A stretch of 64,000 nt of DNA, from the NCBI GenBank assembly GCA_041674185.1, contig JBAYWE010000004.1:186-64185 (forward strand). The letters run 5' to 3'. Position numbers and translations under genes: made by a program. Every line of letters starts with the position of its first letter. Positions within the stretch are counted from its first letter, which is position 1. This DNA is from Minisyncoccota bacterium (lineage in GTDB: Bacteria > Patescibacteriota > Minisyncoccia > UBA6257 > JAGOQP01). The notes beneath the pieces are model-generated. The model saw only the letters and a program-made list of their open reading frames with translations. It was not told the DNA's origin and ran no database searches. Below, piece after piece: positions 47,388 through 56,436 of the stretch.

Positions 47388-48701
47388 TTAAATTAATTTT
47401 GCTAATAATTGATCTCTGGATTGTTTTAATTTTTGATTTTCGAGGAGAGATTCTTTTATAAAATTAAACATCGGTTTTATAGTTCCATTAAAACTATAAG
47501 TAATGTTTTCTAGAGGTATTAACATTTTATAATTTTCTATTAATTGCTTATTAATATGTTGCTGGGCACCACCAGATGCTCCTGAAATTATATCTAAAAT
47601 ATTATTTTTGATACATAAATATATATATTCATTTAAAATATTATTTTCGTCATATATACCAACAACTGATTGATTAGCTGTTGATTCAATCTCAAGACGA
47701 CTGACTTGCCCAAGTGTGGCTCCAGTTATAGCAAGGAGGGTTGTCCCTGAATTCATTATGCTTGCATTAGATTTTTTAAGACCTGCTTCTGATATATACT
47801 CGGTTGCTTTAATAATTCTGAGGTTATTTATTTCGCCAGAATTGATCCATGGAATGCTCCCTCCCCAGAATTCTTTTTTATCTCTCGATGGGGTTCCTCC
47901 TAGTGTAACGGTTGCTAATCGTGATATTTTTTTCATTTCCCACCCTTCAGGAATTTTTCCCATTTCGCTATCAATCATTTTTACTTTTTCATAACCTGGA
48001 AAATGAAAGTTTACAAACCATTCATTAAAAATAGTTTGTGCTGTGGTTTCAAGATTTTTAATTATCTTATTGTTGTTTTCAATTTTCTCATCATATGCAC
48101 TTAAAATTTCTGAAATCTTTTTTTGGATTGAGAGGTTTGGAATATTTATCTCGTAATCACGCAACTGTTCTAAAGATACATTTTTTATAGTACTACCAGA
48201 AGCATTATTTGTTATATGTTTTTTAAACCTATTATCTAATAGTACATAATAAAAATAATTTAAATCAAAACCATCACTAATATTGATATAGGAAACACTT
48301 TTACCTAGTATACATTTCTCGTTCTTGTATTTTGCTAAATTACCGATTGTTCCATTAATAGAAAGCAAAAGGGTTCTTTCAGTTAAATCTTTTTTGTGTT
48401 TAATGTATTCTGACTCATTTACTTTTTTTGTATCTTTTTTTATTGAAACATAACCATTATCTAAATTATTTCCATTAATAAAATAATATTCCCCATTGTC
48501 GTCATATACTGGAGTCCCATGTAAACCATCACCAATTCTACTGGTAACATCTATTAGTTTATAAGTGGCCCTCGGTATCTTTTCTATTTGTTTCAGTAAA
48601 TTGCTCATATTTTTGATCTGTGGATAACTCTTGATTTTGGTGGTGGTGAATGTTATACTCCTTTCATACCTGCCCGAGGTCAATTCGGGATAACTTTCCA
48701 C
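47388..48701 (-). CDS. hsdS: Type I restriction-modification specificity subunit (HsdS)
   Basis: Two target-recognition domains separated by a conserved central repeat, ending with the conserved C-terminal coiled region. 437 aa. Confidence 0.75.
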   Translation of the reverse strand: MESYPELTSGRYERSITFTTTKIKSYPQIKNMSNLLKQIEKIPRATYKLIDVTSRIGDGLHGTPVYDDNGEYYFINGNNLDNGYVSIKKDTKKVNESEYIKHKKDLTERTLLLSINGTIGNLAKYKNEKCILGKSVSYINISDGFDLNYFYYVLLDNRFKKHITNNASGSTIKNVSLEQLRDYEINIPNLSIQKKISEILSAYDEKIENNNKIIKNLETTAQTIFNEWFVNFHFPGYEKVKMIDSEMGKIPEGWEMKKISRLATVTLGGTPSRDKKEFWGGSIPWINSGEINNLRIIKATEYISEAGLKKSNASIMNSGTTLLAITGATLGQVSRLEIESTANQSVVGIYDENNILNEYIYLCIKNNILDIISGASGGAQQHINKQLIENYKMLIPLENITYSFNGTIKPMFNFIKESLLENQKLKQSRDQLLAKLI

Positions 48702-48712
48702 AAAAACCTGAC

Positions 48713-49378
48713 CTAGTCAGGTTTTTGTTTTTCTACCTTGGCAATATGCTTTTTAATATTCTGTGCATTTATGACTAAATCAGCCGACTCTCTGAATTTT
48801 GTCAAAATATATCCACCCTTCACTATAATCACTTTTTTACCTTTTCGTTTTAAGTAATTATTTAAATACACAAAATCAGCATCTCCAGAGAAAATACAGA
48901 AAGTATTATAGTGTTCAAGCATCTTTAGCGCATCTACAGAAATCTCTACATCAAAATTTGATTTTCTGATTTCTATAAATTTTTTGCCATCTATATCTGT
49001 TTTAACATATTTATCAGGAATATATTCGCCCGTCTCAAAATAATGCCTAATTTTTTGAATGTCTTTAGTCATTACATCTCTTTTGCCAAAAACTTTTCGC
49101 ATAACATAGGTAAAACTGAGAGACTTTTGATTTTTAGGATTTTCTCCATAGTAAATTCTCGCCCTCTCACTAAAAATATCCAAAAATGATTTAAGTTTTT
49201 CTAAGTCTATTGATAACTTCTCATCGGGAGCGAGGAGTTTATTCTCCCAGTCTTGATTGTCATTTTGAAACCACTTATTTACGTTTGAGAAATCGACAAA
49301 AGTGAAAATCTTCCCGTAATCTTCGGTGATCTGTAGCTCATCTTTGATAAACTTCTTTTTTAGGTCTTGCAAATCCAT
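48713..49378 (-). CDS. NYN-domain (LabA/PIN-like) predicted ribonuclease embedded between hsdM and hsdS
   Basis: NYN signature segments (IFTFVDFSNV..., FDVEISVDA..., CIFSGDADFVYL..., KKVIIV). Confidence 0.55.
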   Translation of the reverse strand: MDLQDLKKKFIKDELQITEDYGKIFTFVDFSNVNKWFQNDNQDWENKLLAPDEKLSIDLEKLKSFLDIFSERARIYYGENPKNQKSLSFTYVMRKVFGKRDVMTKDIQKIRHYFETGEYIPDKYVKTDIDGKKFIEIRKSNFDVEISVDALKMLEHYNTFCIFSGDADFVYLNNYLKRKGKKVIIVKGGYILTKFRESADLVINAQNIKKHIAKVEKQKPD

Positions 49379-49382
49379 ATAT

Positions 49383-51182
49383 TTAAAATCCTAACTCTTT
49401 TAGATTTTTCTCAATATCTTTTTCTAATTCGCGGCCTTTTGTGAATGCTCCCCGCAATTCTTCTGAAAATTTTATCATCTTTTCTTCAAATGTAACTCCA
49501 TCATCCTCAACGTCTGCAAGTCCAACATAGCGTCCAGGAGTTAATGTATATCCATTTTTCTGTATTTCTTTTAAAGTTGCTGATTTACAAAAACCTGAAA
49601 TATTTTTATATTCCCCAACCTCTTGTTCACCCCGCCACGCACGAACGGTGTCCGCAATTTTTTGAATTTGTTCTTTATTGAAAATCACTTGTTTACGAGA
49701 AATTTGTTCAAAAGTATCTCGTGCATCAATGAATAATGTTTCTCCAGTGCGTTTACGAAAACGATCACCATTTTTGTTTCTAGCCAAAAACCAAAGGGAT
49801 ACAGGAAGCGAAACATTATAGAAAAGTTTTGATGGACATGAAATAATAACGTCAACCATATCTGCTTCAATAAGTTTTTGTCTTAGTTCACCCTCTTTAC
49901 CGGATACAGCAAGGGCACCATTTGGCATAACGAATCCAGCATTACCATTTGGTGCTAAATGGTGAGCAAAATGTTGTACCCACATGAAATTCGCATTGCC
50001 ACTCGGTGGAGTGCCCAATGTTATGCGCGGATCATTATCGGCAAGTTTGGATGGTTCCCAATCTGCATTAAATGGAGGATTAGCAATAACAAAATCTGCC
50101 TGCAAATGAGGGAATTTGTCTTGATAATAAGTATTTCCTAATTCAATTTTTCCAGATAGACCACGAATTGCAAGGTTCATTTTACAAAGTCGCAAGGTTG
50201 TTGGATTGCTTTCTTGTCCGTTAATTGCAAGTCGTGACGAATCCTGATGATGATCTCGCAAGAACTCACCCATGGATACAAACATTCCTCCACTTCCACA
50301 TGCGGGATCAAGTACTCGAGCATTTTCATATGGTTCAAGAATCTCTACTAAAAGTTTAACAATAGATCGTGGGGTAAAAAATTCTCCTCCACGCTTACCT
50401 TCGGATGAAGCAAATTGACCAAGAAAATATTCATAGATACGTCCGAGGATATCCTTCTCTCTATCAAAGTTGTGATCAAACGAAATACGAGAAAAGATAT
50501 TTATAAGTTCACCAATTACTGCATGATCAAGAGTTGTTCTTGTATAAATTTTAGGAAGCACTCCTTCAAGTTCTGTTAAGTTATCACTCTCAATATAATC
50601 CATTGCCTTATCAAGAATCTGTCCAATATCTGATTGCATTGTTTTTGTCTGCAAATATTCCCAACGAGATTTTTCGGGGACATAAAATACTCCAGCGCTT
50701 TTATAAAAATCTTTTGTCTCAAGAATTTGAGCTCGAGCTTTTTCATCTGCAACATAAAATTCTTCATTTTTAGGATCATGAGTGAGCTCATCAAGTTTCT
50801 CGCGTCTTTTATAGAATGCATCTGAAATATATTTTAAGAAGAGAAGACCAAGTACAATATTTTTATACTCGGAAACATCAATGTTACCACGAAGCTTATC
50901 TGCTGCGGCCCAAAGTTCTTTTTCAAAATCAAGATCTTTATGATGATTTTTTTCCAAAACCTTCTTTGTTGTCTTCTTTTGTTCGCCTCTAATGCGTTCT
51001 TGGAGTTCGGGGGGGAGAGTTGACCTAGGAATGAGGTAGTTGCGACCCATTTTCTGAGCCGGTATCTTTCCTTCGGAAATCTGTTTATGCACCGCAATAC
51101 GGCTTATCCCGAGCATTTTTGCCATCTCTGCAGAGGTTATGAACTGTGATTTGTGTGTTTCCATGATCTTATAATAGCACAA
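49383..51182 (-). CDS. hsdM: Type I restriction-modification methyltransferase subunit (HsdM) with N-terminal helix-turn-helix extension
   Basis: N-terminal excisionase/MerR-like HTH (SAEMAKMLGISRIAVHKQISEGKIPAQKMGRNYLIP), HsdM N-domain, SAM-binding motif I (LDPACGSGGM), motif IV NPPF. Confidence 0.85.
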   Translation of the reverse strand: MCYYKIMETHKSQFITSAEMAKMLGISRIAVHKQISEGKIPAQKMGRNYLIPRSTLPPELQERIRGEQKKTTKKVLEKNHHKDLDFEKELWAAADKLRGNIDVSEYKNIVLGLLFLKYISDAFYKRREKLDELTHDPKNEEFYVADEKARAQILETKDFYKSAGVFYVPEKSRWEYLQTKTMQSDIGQILDKAMDYIESDNLTELEGVLPKIYTRTTLDHAVIGELINIFSRISFDHNFDREKDILGRIYEYFLGQFASSEGKRGGEFFTPRSIVKLLVEILEPYENARVLDPACGSGGMFVSMGEFLRDHHQDSSRLAINGQESNPTTLRLCKMNLAIRGLSGKIELGNTYYQDKFPHLQADFVIANPPFNADWEPSKLADNDPRITLGTPPSGNANFMWVQHFAHHLAPNGNAGFVMPNGALAVSGKEGELRQKLIEADMVDVIISCPSKLFYNVSLPVSLWFLARNKNGDRFRKRTGETLFIDARDTFEQISRKQVIFNKEQIQKIADTVRAWRGEQEVGEYKNISGFCKSATLKEIQKNGYTLTPGRYVGLADVEDDGVTFEEKMIKFSEELRGAFTKGRELEKDIEKNLKELGF

Positions 51183-51375
51183 ATTAATTTGGAATGCAAG
51201 TTAACATAGGTTAACCACACTATGGTAAAAGATCACTGTTATATGTGTATATTATTCAATACTCAATAATGATTGTTCTATAAACATAGGAGGAGAGTTC
51301 GCCCGCGAGTCTTTTTGTTGCAACAAAAAGCTCTGGGCACCAACTCGCTGTACTCACAGCTGTTCGCACATGCTC

Positions 51376-51395
51376 CCTGCCTACCGGCAGGCAGG
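51376..51395. repeat. 20-bp near-palindrome CCTGCCTACCGGCAGGCAGG (copy 3 of 4)
   Basis: Lies between copy C of the tRNA-linked element and an extra partial core copy (51318..51370). Confidence 0.9.
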
Positions 51396-51421
51396 CGTCA
51401 TTCGAATCATCTAAATAGAAA

Positions 51422-51599
51422 GGAGATTCGGCTACAAGTCGTTTTATCTTCCGCTAAAACGCTCGCAGCCCGCCCCTCGTGGCACTCCTTACCACCTCGT
51501 TCGTCGCGCAACACTACGGTCTTCGAATCCCCCACGTGGATGAAGCAGTTCATTCACTCTCTCCGCAAACAAAATACCCCCTTACGGGGTACTTGTTTG
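51422..51599 (-). repeat. tRNA-3'-end-linked structured element, copy C (attached to tRNA-Ser)
   Basis: Read on the minus strand after tRNA-Ser. A long hairpin comes first. The left arm CGGAGAGAG [GAATGAA-CTGC-TTCATCC] ACGTGGGGGATTCGAAGACC is the reverse complement of the tRNA-Ser 3' end with the CTGC hairpin inserted. The core is homologous to A and B (GACCGTAGTGTTGCG...GAGGTGGT...GCGAGCG...). The right arm is GTAGCCGAATCTCC. A second partial core copy (GAGCATGTGCGAACAGCTGTGAGTACAGCGAGTTGGTG) lies beyond the palindrome. Confidence 0.65.
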
Positions 51600-51686
51600 C
51601 GGAGAGGGGGAGATTCGAACTCCCGGGGGCGGTTAAGCCCCACAGCTTTAGCAAAGCTGCACAATAGACCACTCTGACACCTCTCC
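51600..51686 (-). tRNA. tRNA-Ser (anticodon GCT)
   Basis: Acceptor GGAGAGG/CCTCTCC, anticodon stem CAGCT/AGCTG with loop TTGCTAA, long variable arm GGGGCTTAACCGCCCCC, T-arm GGGAG-TTCGAAT-CTCCC, discriminator G. Confidence 0.8.
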
Positions 51687-51691
51687 ATATT

Positions 51692-51937
51692 TTATTGTAA
51701 ATTATACTTTCTCTTTATCTCTTCACGTTTATATCCTTTTTTGTATTCTTTTTCAAGGCAACGAGCATCTTCTTCTGTTTTACATTCTATATATTCTAAA
51801 AGTGTTAATGGTATTCTATTTTTTAATGACTGAGTGTGTCCAGCGTTATGCTCTAAAATTCTTCGCGAGACATTATTTGTCTTACCAATGTATATCCCGC
51901 AATCTTTCTCACTTTTTAAAATATATACAAAGTACAT
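51692..51937 (-). CDS. Standalone GIY-YIG nuclease-domain protein (YhbQ/UPF0213-like, 81 aa)
   Basis: YFVYILKSEKDCGIYIGKTNNVSRRILEHN matches the GIY-YIG catalytic motif (GIY ... YIG ... R ... E ... N). There is no DNA-binding extension. Confidence 0.65.
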   Translation of the reverse strand: MYFVYILKSEKDCGIYIGKTNNVSRRILEHNAGHTQSLKNRIPLTLLEYIECKTEEDARCLEKEYKKGYKREEIKRKYNLQ

Positions 51938-51951
51938 AGTTATATGTAATT

Positions 51952-52006
51952 CTGCACAATAGACCCCTGCCTACCGGCAGGCAGGACTCTGACACCTCTC
52001 CATATT
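51952..52006 (-). pseudogene. Duplicated 5' fragment of tRNA-Ser (nt -5 to +30) interrupted by the 20-bp palindrome
   Basis: AATATGGAGAGGTGTCAGAGT [CCTGCCTGCCGGTAGGCAGG] GGTCTATTGTGCAG. It matches 51657..51691 exactly outside the insertion, then diverges into the GIY-YIG gene. Confidence 0.8.
51966..51985. repeat. 20-bp near-palindrome CCTGCCTACCGGCAGGCAGG (copy 4 of 4)
   Basis: Inserted between positions 16 and 17 (D-loop) of the duplicated tRNA-Ser 5' fragment. Confidence 0.9.
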
Positions 52007-52023
52007 AACTTGCTCACATAATA

Positions 52024-53232
52024 TTGATAAATAGAAGAAAAATCAACTGGGTGATTTTAATTACTCTTATTTTGATATATGATATTTATATTATGAGTTT
52101 ATCTAAAAAACAGATACCCCTTGCGGTTTTTATTATCATATTTGTCGTTATTATCGGTATCGCTATTATTATTGCTACCGGTGGAGTTCAAACCTCATCT
52201 CCCTCTGATCCCTTAACCGCAACGACAACTATTTTCGGTATACCGGTACCCAATCAAATCAGTGTTCCGACTCCACAGAAAGCAAATCAATATATTACCT
52301 CTGATTCTCAACCCCCCGCCACTGGATATACTCCTCCACAAAACATACCCATAGAAACTCAAATCGTAAAAGCACAAGCTGCTTTTACCGTTCTCTACCC
52401 CACAAACAATCAAACACTTATTAATGATCCTACCTATAATACACCCCTCGCCATCATACGATGGTCCTCAAAATTTGCGAGTATTAAAAACGTAAATCTT
52501 GATTTACAAGATCAGAACGGAACTTTTATAAAAACCATCGCTACCCATACTGCAAATTCCGGCACCTATGTTTGGTTCTCTGGTGCCGAAATTCCAAATG
52601 GAACCTATCGCATACGCATACACGCACCTATTATCGGTACCACCATAGATGAAGGAATAAGCGATCTATTTTCCATTACCTCTCCCGCATCTTTGCAACA
52701 TCCTGATACCTCATGGCACACCTATATTAACCCTCAATATAAATTCTCATTTATCTATCCCGGAGATTTCTTGTTCTCAACTTTCAATACGCAATATCCA
52801 GGAACAACTATTGTAAAAATATCTCCTAAATTAAATTATTATATTCATGCAAATGATATCGAAACGGTAGATGCATCAGACATACTTATTTCAGCACGAC
52901 CCGCTGGTTCAAGTGCCTGTCCGAGTGTTGCAGAAACAACCGGTGCTCAAGGATACGTCTATGGCAACATGGACACCATACAAGGAAAATATGTTCAGTT
53001 TACCAAAGTGAAAAGAAATGATTTTGGTATTAATAATCAACATGCTCGCTATGTAGATTATTTTACCCTGCATAATGGCGTCTGTTATTCATTCCGATTC
53101 ACCGCTCACGTCGTTCGTCTCCCCTTCAGCACGAATGCGCTCTATCAAGCTCCTGATAAACTCGAAAACGATATATCACGCATGACCGCAAACGTTGAAC
53201 AAATGGTACTTTCTCTTGAATTTCTGCAATAA
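52024..53232 (+). CDS. Membrane-anchored / secreted hypothetical protein (402 aa)
   Basis: N-terminal TM, Thr/Pro-rich linker, beta-rich C-terminal domains. Confidence 0.45.
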   Translation: MINRRKINWVILITLILIYDIYIMSLSKKQIPLAVFIIIFVVIIGIAIIIATGGVQTSSPSDPLTATTTIFGIPVPNQISVPTPQKANQYITSDSQPPATGYTPPQNIPIETQIVKAQAAFTVLYPTNNQTLINDPTYNTPLAIIRWSSKFASIKNVNLDLQDQNGTFIKTIATHTANSGTYVWFSGAEIPNGTYRIRIHAPIIGTTIDEGISDLFSITSPASLQHPDTSWHTYINPQYKFSFIYPGDFLFSTFNTQYPGTTIVKISPKLNYYIHANDIETVDASDILISARPAGSSACPSVAETTGAQGYVYGNMDTIQGKYVQFTKVKRNDFGINNQHARYVDYFTLHNGVCYSFRFTAHVVRLPFSTNALYQAPDKLENDISRMTANVEQMVLSLEFLQ

Positions 53233-53337
53233 GAACTACATTCATGCGACGTTTATACAAACTTGCACAAACATCAAAAATGACACATTATAAAAATACG
53301 CAAAAGCCGTCCTTTTATAATTAGAAATGGAGTATAT

Positions 53338-53805
53338 ATGAGTAATCTATCATTTGAGCACCTTCGCCGCATACTCGTGAATCATACCATCTCTTTTACG
53401 ACCATAGATCATGTGCCAGTTTTTACCATGCACGATGTTGCACGAGAACTCGGTATTCCCCCAGAGACTATGGCAAAGACAATTCTCTTAACCATTTCCT
53501 CTCAAGGATTATATAGAGTAGTGATTCCCGGCATGGCACGTCTGAGTATGAAAAAGTTAGCAGTAGTTCTTGCCCTTACGCGGAAAGATCTCCAATTTGC
53601 CTCACCAGAGCTTATTGAAAAAGCTGGATTTATGGTGGGAGCAATCCCCCCTTTTGGAGGAGATATACCGACCTGCATTGACGCCTCATTCTTGAAGCAG
53701 GATGTTTTATATTGTGGTGCAGGTGATCATGATAAAACGTTCTCCCTCAAACCAGAAGATGTAATAAAACTCTCACAAGCGCTCGTCGCTGATATAACAG
53801 AATAA
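53338..53805 (+). CDS. YbaK/ProX-family aminoacyl-tRNA deacylase domain protein
   Basis: 155 aa. Conserved motifs (TILLT...., GAIPPFG...., CGAG) of the YbaK/ProX editing domain. Confidence 0.6.
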   Translation: MSNLSFEHLRRILVNHTISFTTIDHVPVFTMHDVARELGIPPETMAKTILLTISSQGLYRVVIPGMARLSMKKLAVVLALTRKDLQFASPELIEKAGFMVGAIPPFGGDIPTCIDASFLKQDVLYCGAGDHDKTFSLKPEDVIKLSQALVADITE

Positions 53806-53831
53806 TTTAACAACTCAATCCGGAGGATTGT

Positions 53832-54785
53832 ATGGAAAATTCTTGGCGTAAGCCAAAGCTGGATATTCAAGGACAAAAAATTTTTTGGGATCAACAAGCT
53901 CCTCATTATGAAAAAGCAGATATGACCGTTGATAACCAAGGAGAACTCATCTGTGTTCTTGAAAAATACAAAGAGGTTCCTTGTAAAGAACTCATCACCC
54001 TCGGTGGAGCTATTGGATGCAGAGATCCAAAAGTTATTCTGGATGATATTATATCCAGAAACGAAAGACCATTCCCAAAAGTATTTATGAATGATCTTTC
54101 AAAGAAACAACTTCAATGGGCTCAAGAAAAGATCCTAAAAGATTACACGCGTAGTGGTTTTCATATTACCTACCTACCGGGAGAAATCAGATCGGTATGT
54201 ACAAAAATAAAAAATCATATGCCGCGACGCTTATTGATTGGTATCTACGAATCTCGCAGTTTTTTTGAGGCACAACCTTCATCTCAATACCCCCTTTGTG
54301 GATTTGATGAATATCTCAGAAATCATAACATTCTCGGACAGGAATTATTACTGAACTGGATGCGTTATGAGACGGGAGGAATATTTACCTCGTGTGGAAT
54401 TCGAACGCTCGTTACCTCACTAGATCACCCCAAAGATAAACTGGGTATAAAAAAATCCCTAGAGACATTTTACCGTTCGGTTACCGATGCGGGCACAGAA
54501 AATATTTCCTGTTTACAAATTATTGGAAGATCTCACAATCATCGCGGTTTTTTTCTTTCGCACTGGTATACTCAAACTGGTTTTATACCTATGCTCAAAG
54601 AAGCTTTTCCTGCTACATTATTTTCGATAACAAAATATCAATTTCCAAAAGGAGCACTCTTTGTGATAGATCCCCTGAGACACCAGCCCACTGGAATCAT
54701 TACTGTTCTCAATAATGTAATGGGAAACATACTCCCCCAAAATCAACTTAAAACATTACACGCTATACGGAGACTTATTCTCTAA
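53832..54785 (+). CDS. Hypothetical protein (317 aa)
   Basis: Complete ORF, several Cys residues, no recognisable family. Confidence 0.4.
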   Translation: MENSWRKPKLDIQGQKIFWDQQAPHYEKADMTVDNQGELICVLEKYKEVPCKELITLGGAIGCRDPKVILDDIISRNERPFPKVFMNDLSKKQLQWAQEKILKDYTRSGFHITYLPGEIRSVCTKIKNHMPRRLLIGIYESRSFFEAQPSSQYPLCGFDEYLRNHNILGQELLLNWMRYETGGIFTSCGIRTLVTSLDHPKDKLGIKKSLETFYRSVTDAGTENISCLQIIGRSHNHRGFFLSHWYTQTGFIPMLKEAFPATLFSITKYQFPKGALFVIDPLRHQPTGIITVLNNVMGNILPQNQLKTLHAIRRLIL

Positions 54786-54843
54786 ATAACCCCTGTTACA
54801 TACATTTCGTAACAGGGGCATTTTAATAGGATTCAGATAAGAT

Positions 54844-55644
54844 TTATAAACCTTTCACCCGCTTTGCTTTAAAACCCATACTGTCTTTATACGCTCGCGC
54901 ACCAAAAAGAATTGGATAAAATGCTTCTTGTGAAAGGACCTTTCTACCATTTAGAATCCCCAATACTTCTCCCTTTTTAATAGCATGGAAATTCATGATA
55001 GATCGTTTCATTTGAAATCCCCTTGGTTTTGGCTCTGTCCCATATACCGCATAGTACTGCGTCGTTCGTTTTGATGGTTCTACTTTAGAATCTATCATAC
55101 CCAACTTTTTCAGAATTATAGAGGCGTCTCTCAGCGATTCCTTATAAGTCTCACGACTCTTGTGTGTCCCATATTCTAAACTTATTCCCGCTTTACAAAA
55201 ATTAATAAGAGATCCATCTCCAATTCCTTTGGGCATAATCACCACATGCTCGGGTTTAAATAGAAAGAGTAATTTTTTAATTTCTTTTGTCTTCTTTTTT
55301 ATAATTACGGCACGACGGGTATTGGTAGTTGTCGAGTGTATATCAATACAATAGTCAGCATGACGAATGAGGGGTGCTATCTGATGCGCCAATCTTTGTT
55401 CATGAGTACCATGTTTATTCCCTGGGAAACACCTATTTAAATCTTCTTCAAGAAATCTCTTTTTCTCGCGAATTGCATCAGGATTTCCAATAATAGTAAT
55501 AAGCGTTCCTTTCTGAAGAGGATATTTTTCTATAGCCTGAATAACGCGACTCCCCACAAGTTCATCGCCATGAAGAGAACCCACGATAACTACCTCGGGT
55601 TTTCCTGTGCCATATTTTTTAATAATGGGTTTTGAAACTGTCAT
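54844..55644 (-). CDS. Succinylglutamate desuccinylase / aspartoacylase (AstE/AspA) family zinc hydrolase
   Basis: N-terminal VVIVGSLHGDELVGSRV (the HGxE zinc-binding motif) and a later His/Glu. Confidence 0.55.
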   Translation of the reverse strand: MTVSKPIIKKYGTGKPEVVIVGSLHGDELVGSRVIQAIEKYPLQKGTLITIIGNPDAIREKKRFLEEDLNRCFPGNKHGTHEQRLAHQIAPLIRHADYCIDIHSTTTNTRRAVIIKKKTKEIKKLLFLFKPEHVVIMPKGIGDGSLINFCKAGISLEYGTHKSRETYKESLRDASIILKKLGMIDSKVEPSKRTTQYYAVYGTEPKPRGFQMKRSIMNFHAIKKGEVLGILNGRKVLSQEAFYPILFGARAYKDSMGFKAKRVKGL

Positions 55645-55689
55645 AAGAAAAGTATAAAGTACTTATAAAAAAATGAAAGGCTTACACAG

Positions 55690-56436
55690 TTACGTGCAAG
55701 CCCTTTTTAAAATCCGTCTACATGCGTTGATAAATCTAATTATATGTACATCATTATCAATAGCACCGAACATTCTAAATTCAATCGTTCCGGTTGATGG
55801 TTTGTATCGTACCAGATCCCATACATTTTTTTCTCCCCCTTTACTCTCTATATAGGAGAGAAGACGGTCTGTGTTTTCAAAGAGAGGGGGATCTCCATAT
55901 ACCTTTGCCATAGTTCTATATGATTGCATGCGCATTCCGAGAGAAAAATCTCCCAGCTCACACAAATCATCTATTACGGATCTACGACAAAAGTTTAGAA
56001 CAGATACCGCCTCTTCTAAAGAGACCCCTAAATGTATGTGTACCGCGGCCACCTGAGAAGCAGCAATTTTTTCTGCAGTTTCTAATTTCTCCCATATCTC
56101 CTTATGTCTTGGATTAAAGGGGTTTACCACTAATTCCCCCAAGTCCTCTGCTGATACATATTCGGTACAGAGAAACTTCATATTTAAAGTTTTTCCAACA
56201 CACAATAATAATTCTTTATTATAGAAAAGTGAGTTGATTGTTTGGACAACGTTTGAAGTCACGAGGGTCCTATCTTCAACTTGTCCCGCAAAAAGTTCAA
56301 AAGAAAATAATTCCTTAGGAATATTTCTCCTTTCACATTCTGCCTCTAATTCAGGAAGAAGTTCCCCTATAAGAGGGGCTATTTTATCCTCTCTTAAAAT
56401 GAACCACTCCCGCTCAATTCCTATTGTTCGTTCCAC
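55690..56436 (-). CDS. Short carboxylate-amine ligase, glutamate-cysteine ligase family 2 (GCS2)-like
   Basis: N-terminal IGIEREWFIL, which resembles the GCS2 start motif, and C-terminal TIEFRMFGA. Only 248 aa, shorter than typical YbdK. Confidence 0.4.
   Translation of the reverse strand: MERTIGIEREWFILREDKIAPLIGELLPELEAECERRNIPKELFSFELFAGQVEDRTLVTSNVVQTINSLFYNKELLLCVGKTLNMKFLCTEYVSAEDLGELVVNPFNPRHKEIWEKLETAEKIAASQVAAVHIHLGVSLEEAVSVLNFCRRSVIDDLCELGDFSLGMRMQSYRTMAKVYGDPPLFENTDRLLSYIESKGGEKNVWDLVRYKPSTGTIEFRMFGAIDNDVHIIRFINACRRILKRACT

Noticed and set aside
51692-51937. Calling the GIY-YIG ORF a group I intron homing endonuclease
   Set aside because: At 81 aa it is only the catalytic module and resembles standalone YhbQ/UPF0213 proteins. 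There is no intron and no DNA-binding extension. I keep the link to mobility of the tRNA-derived repeats as a hypothesis only.
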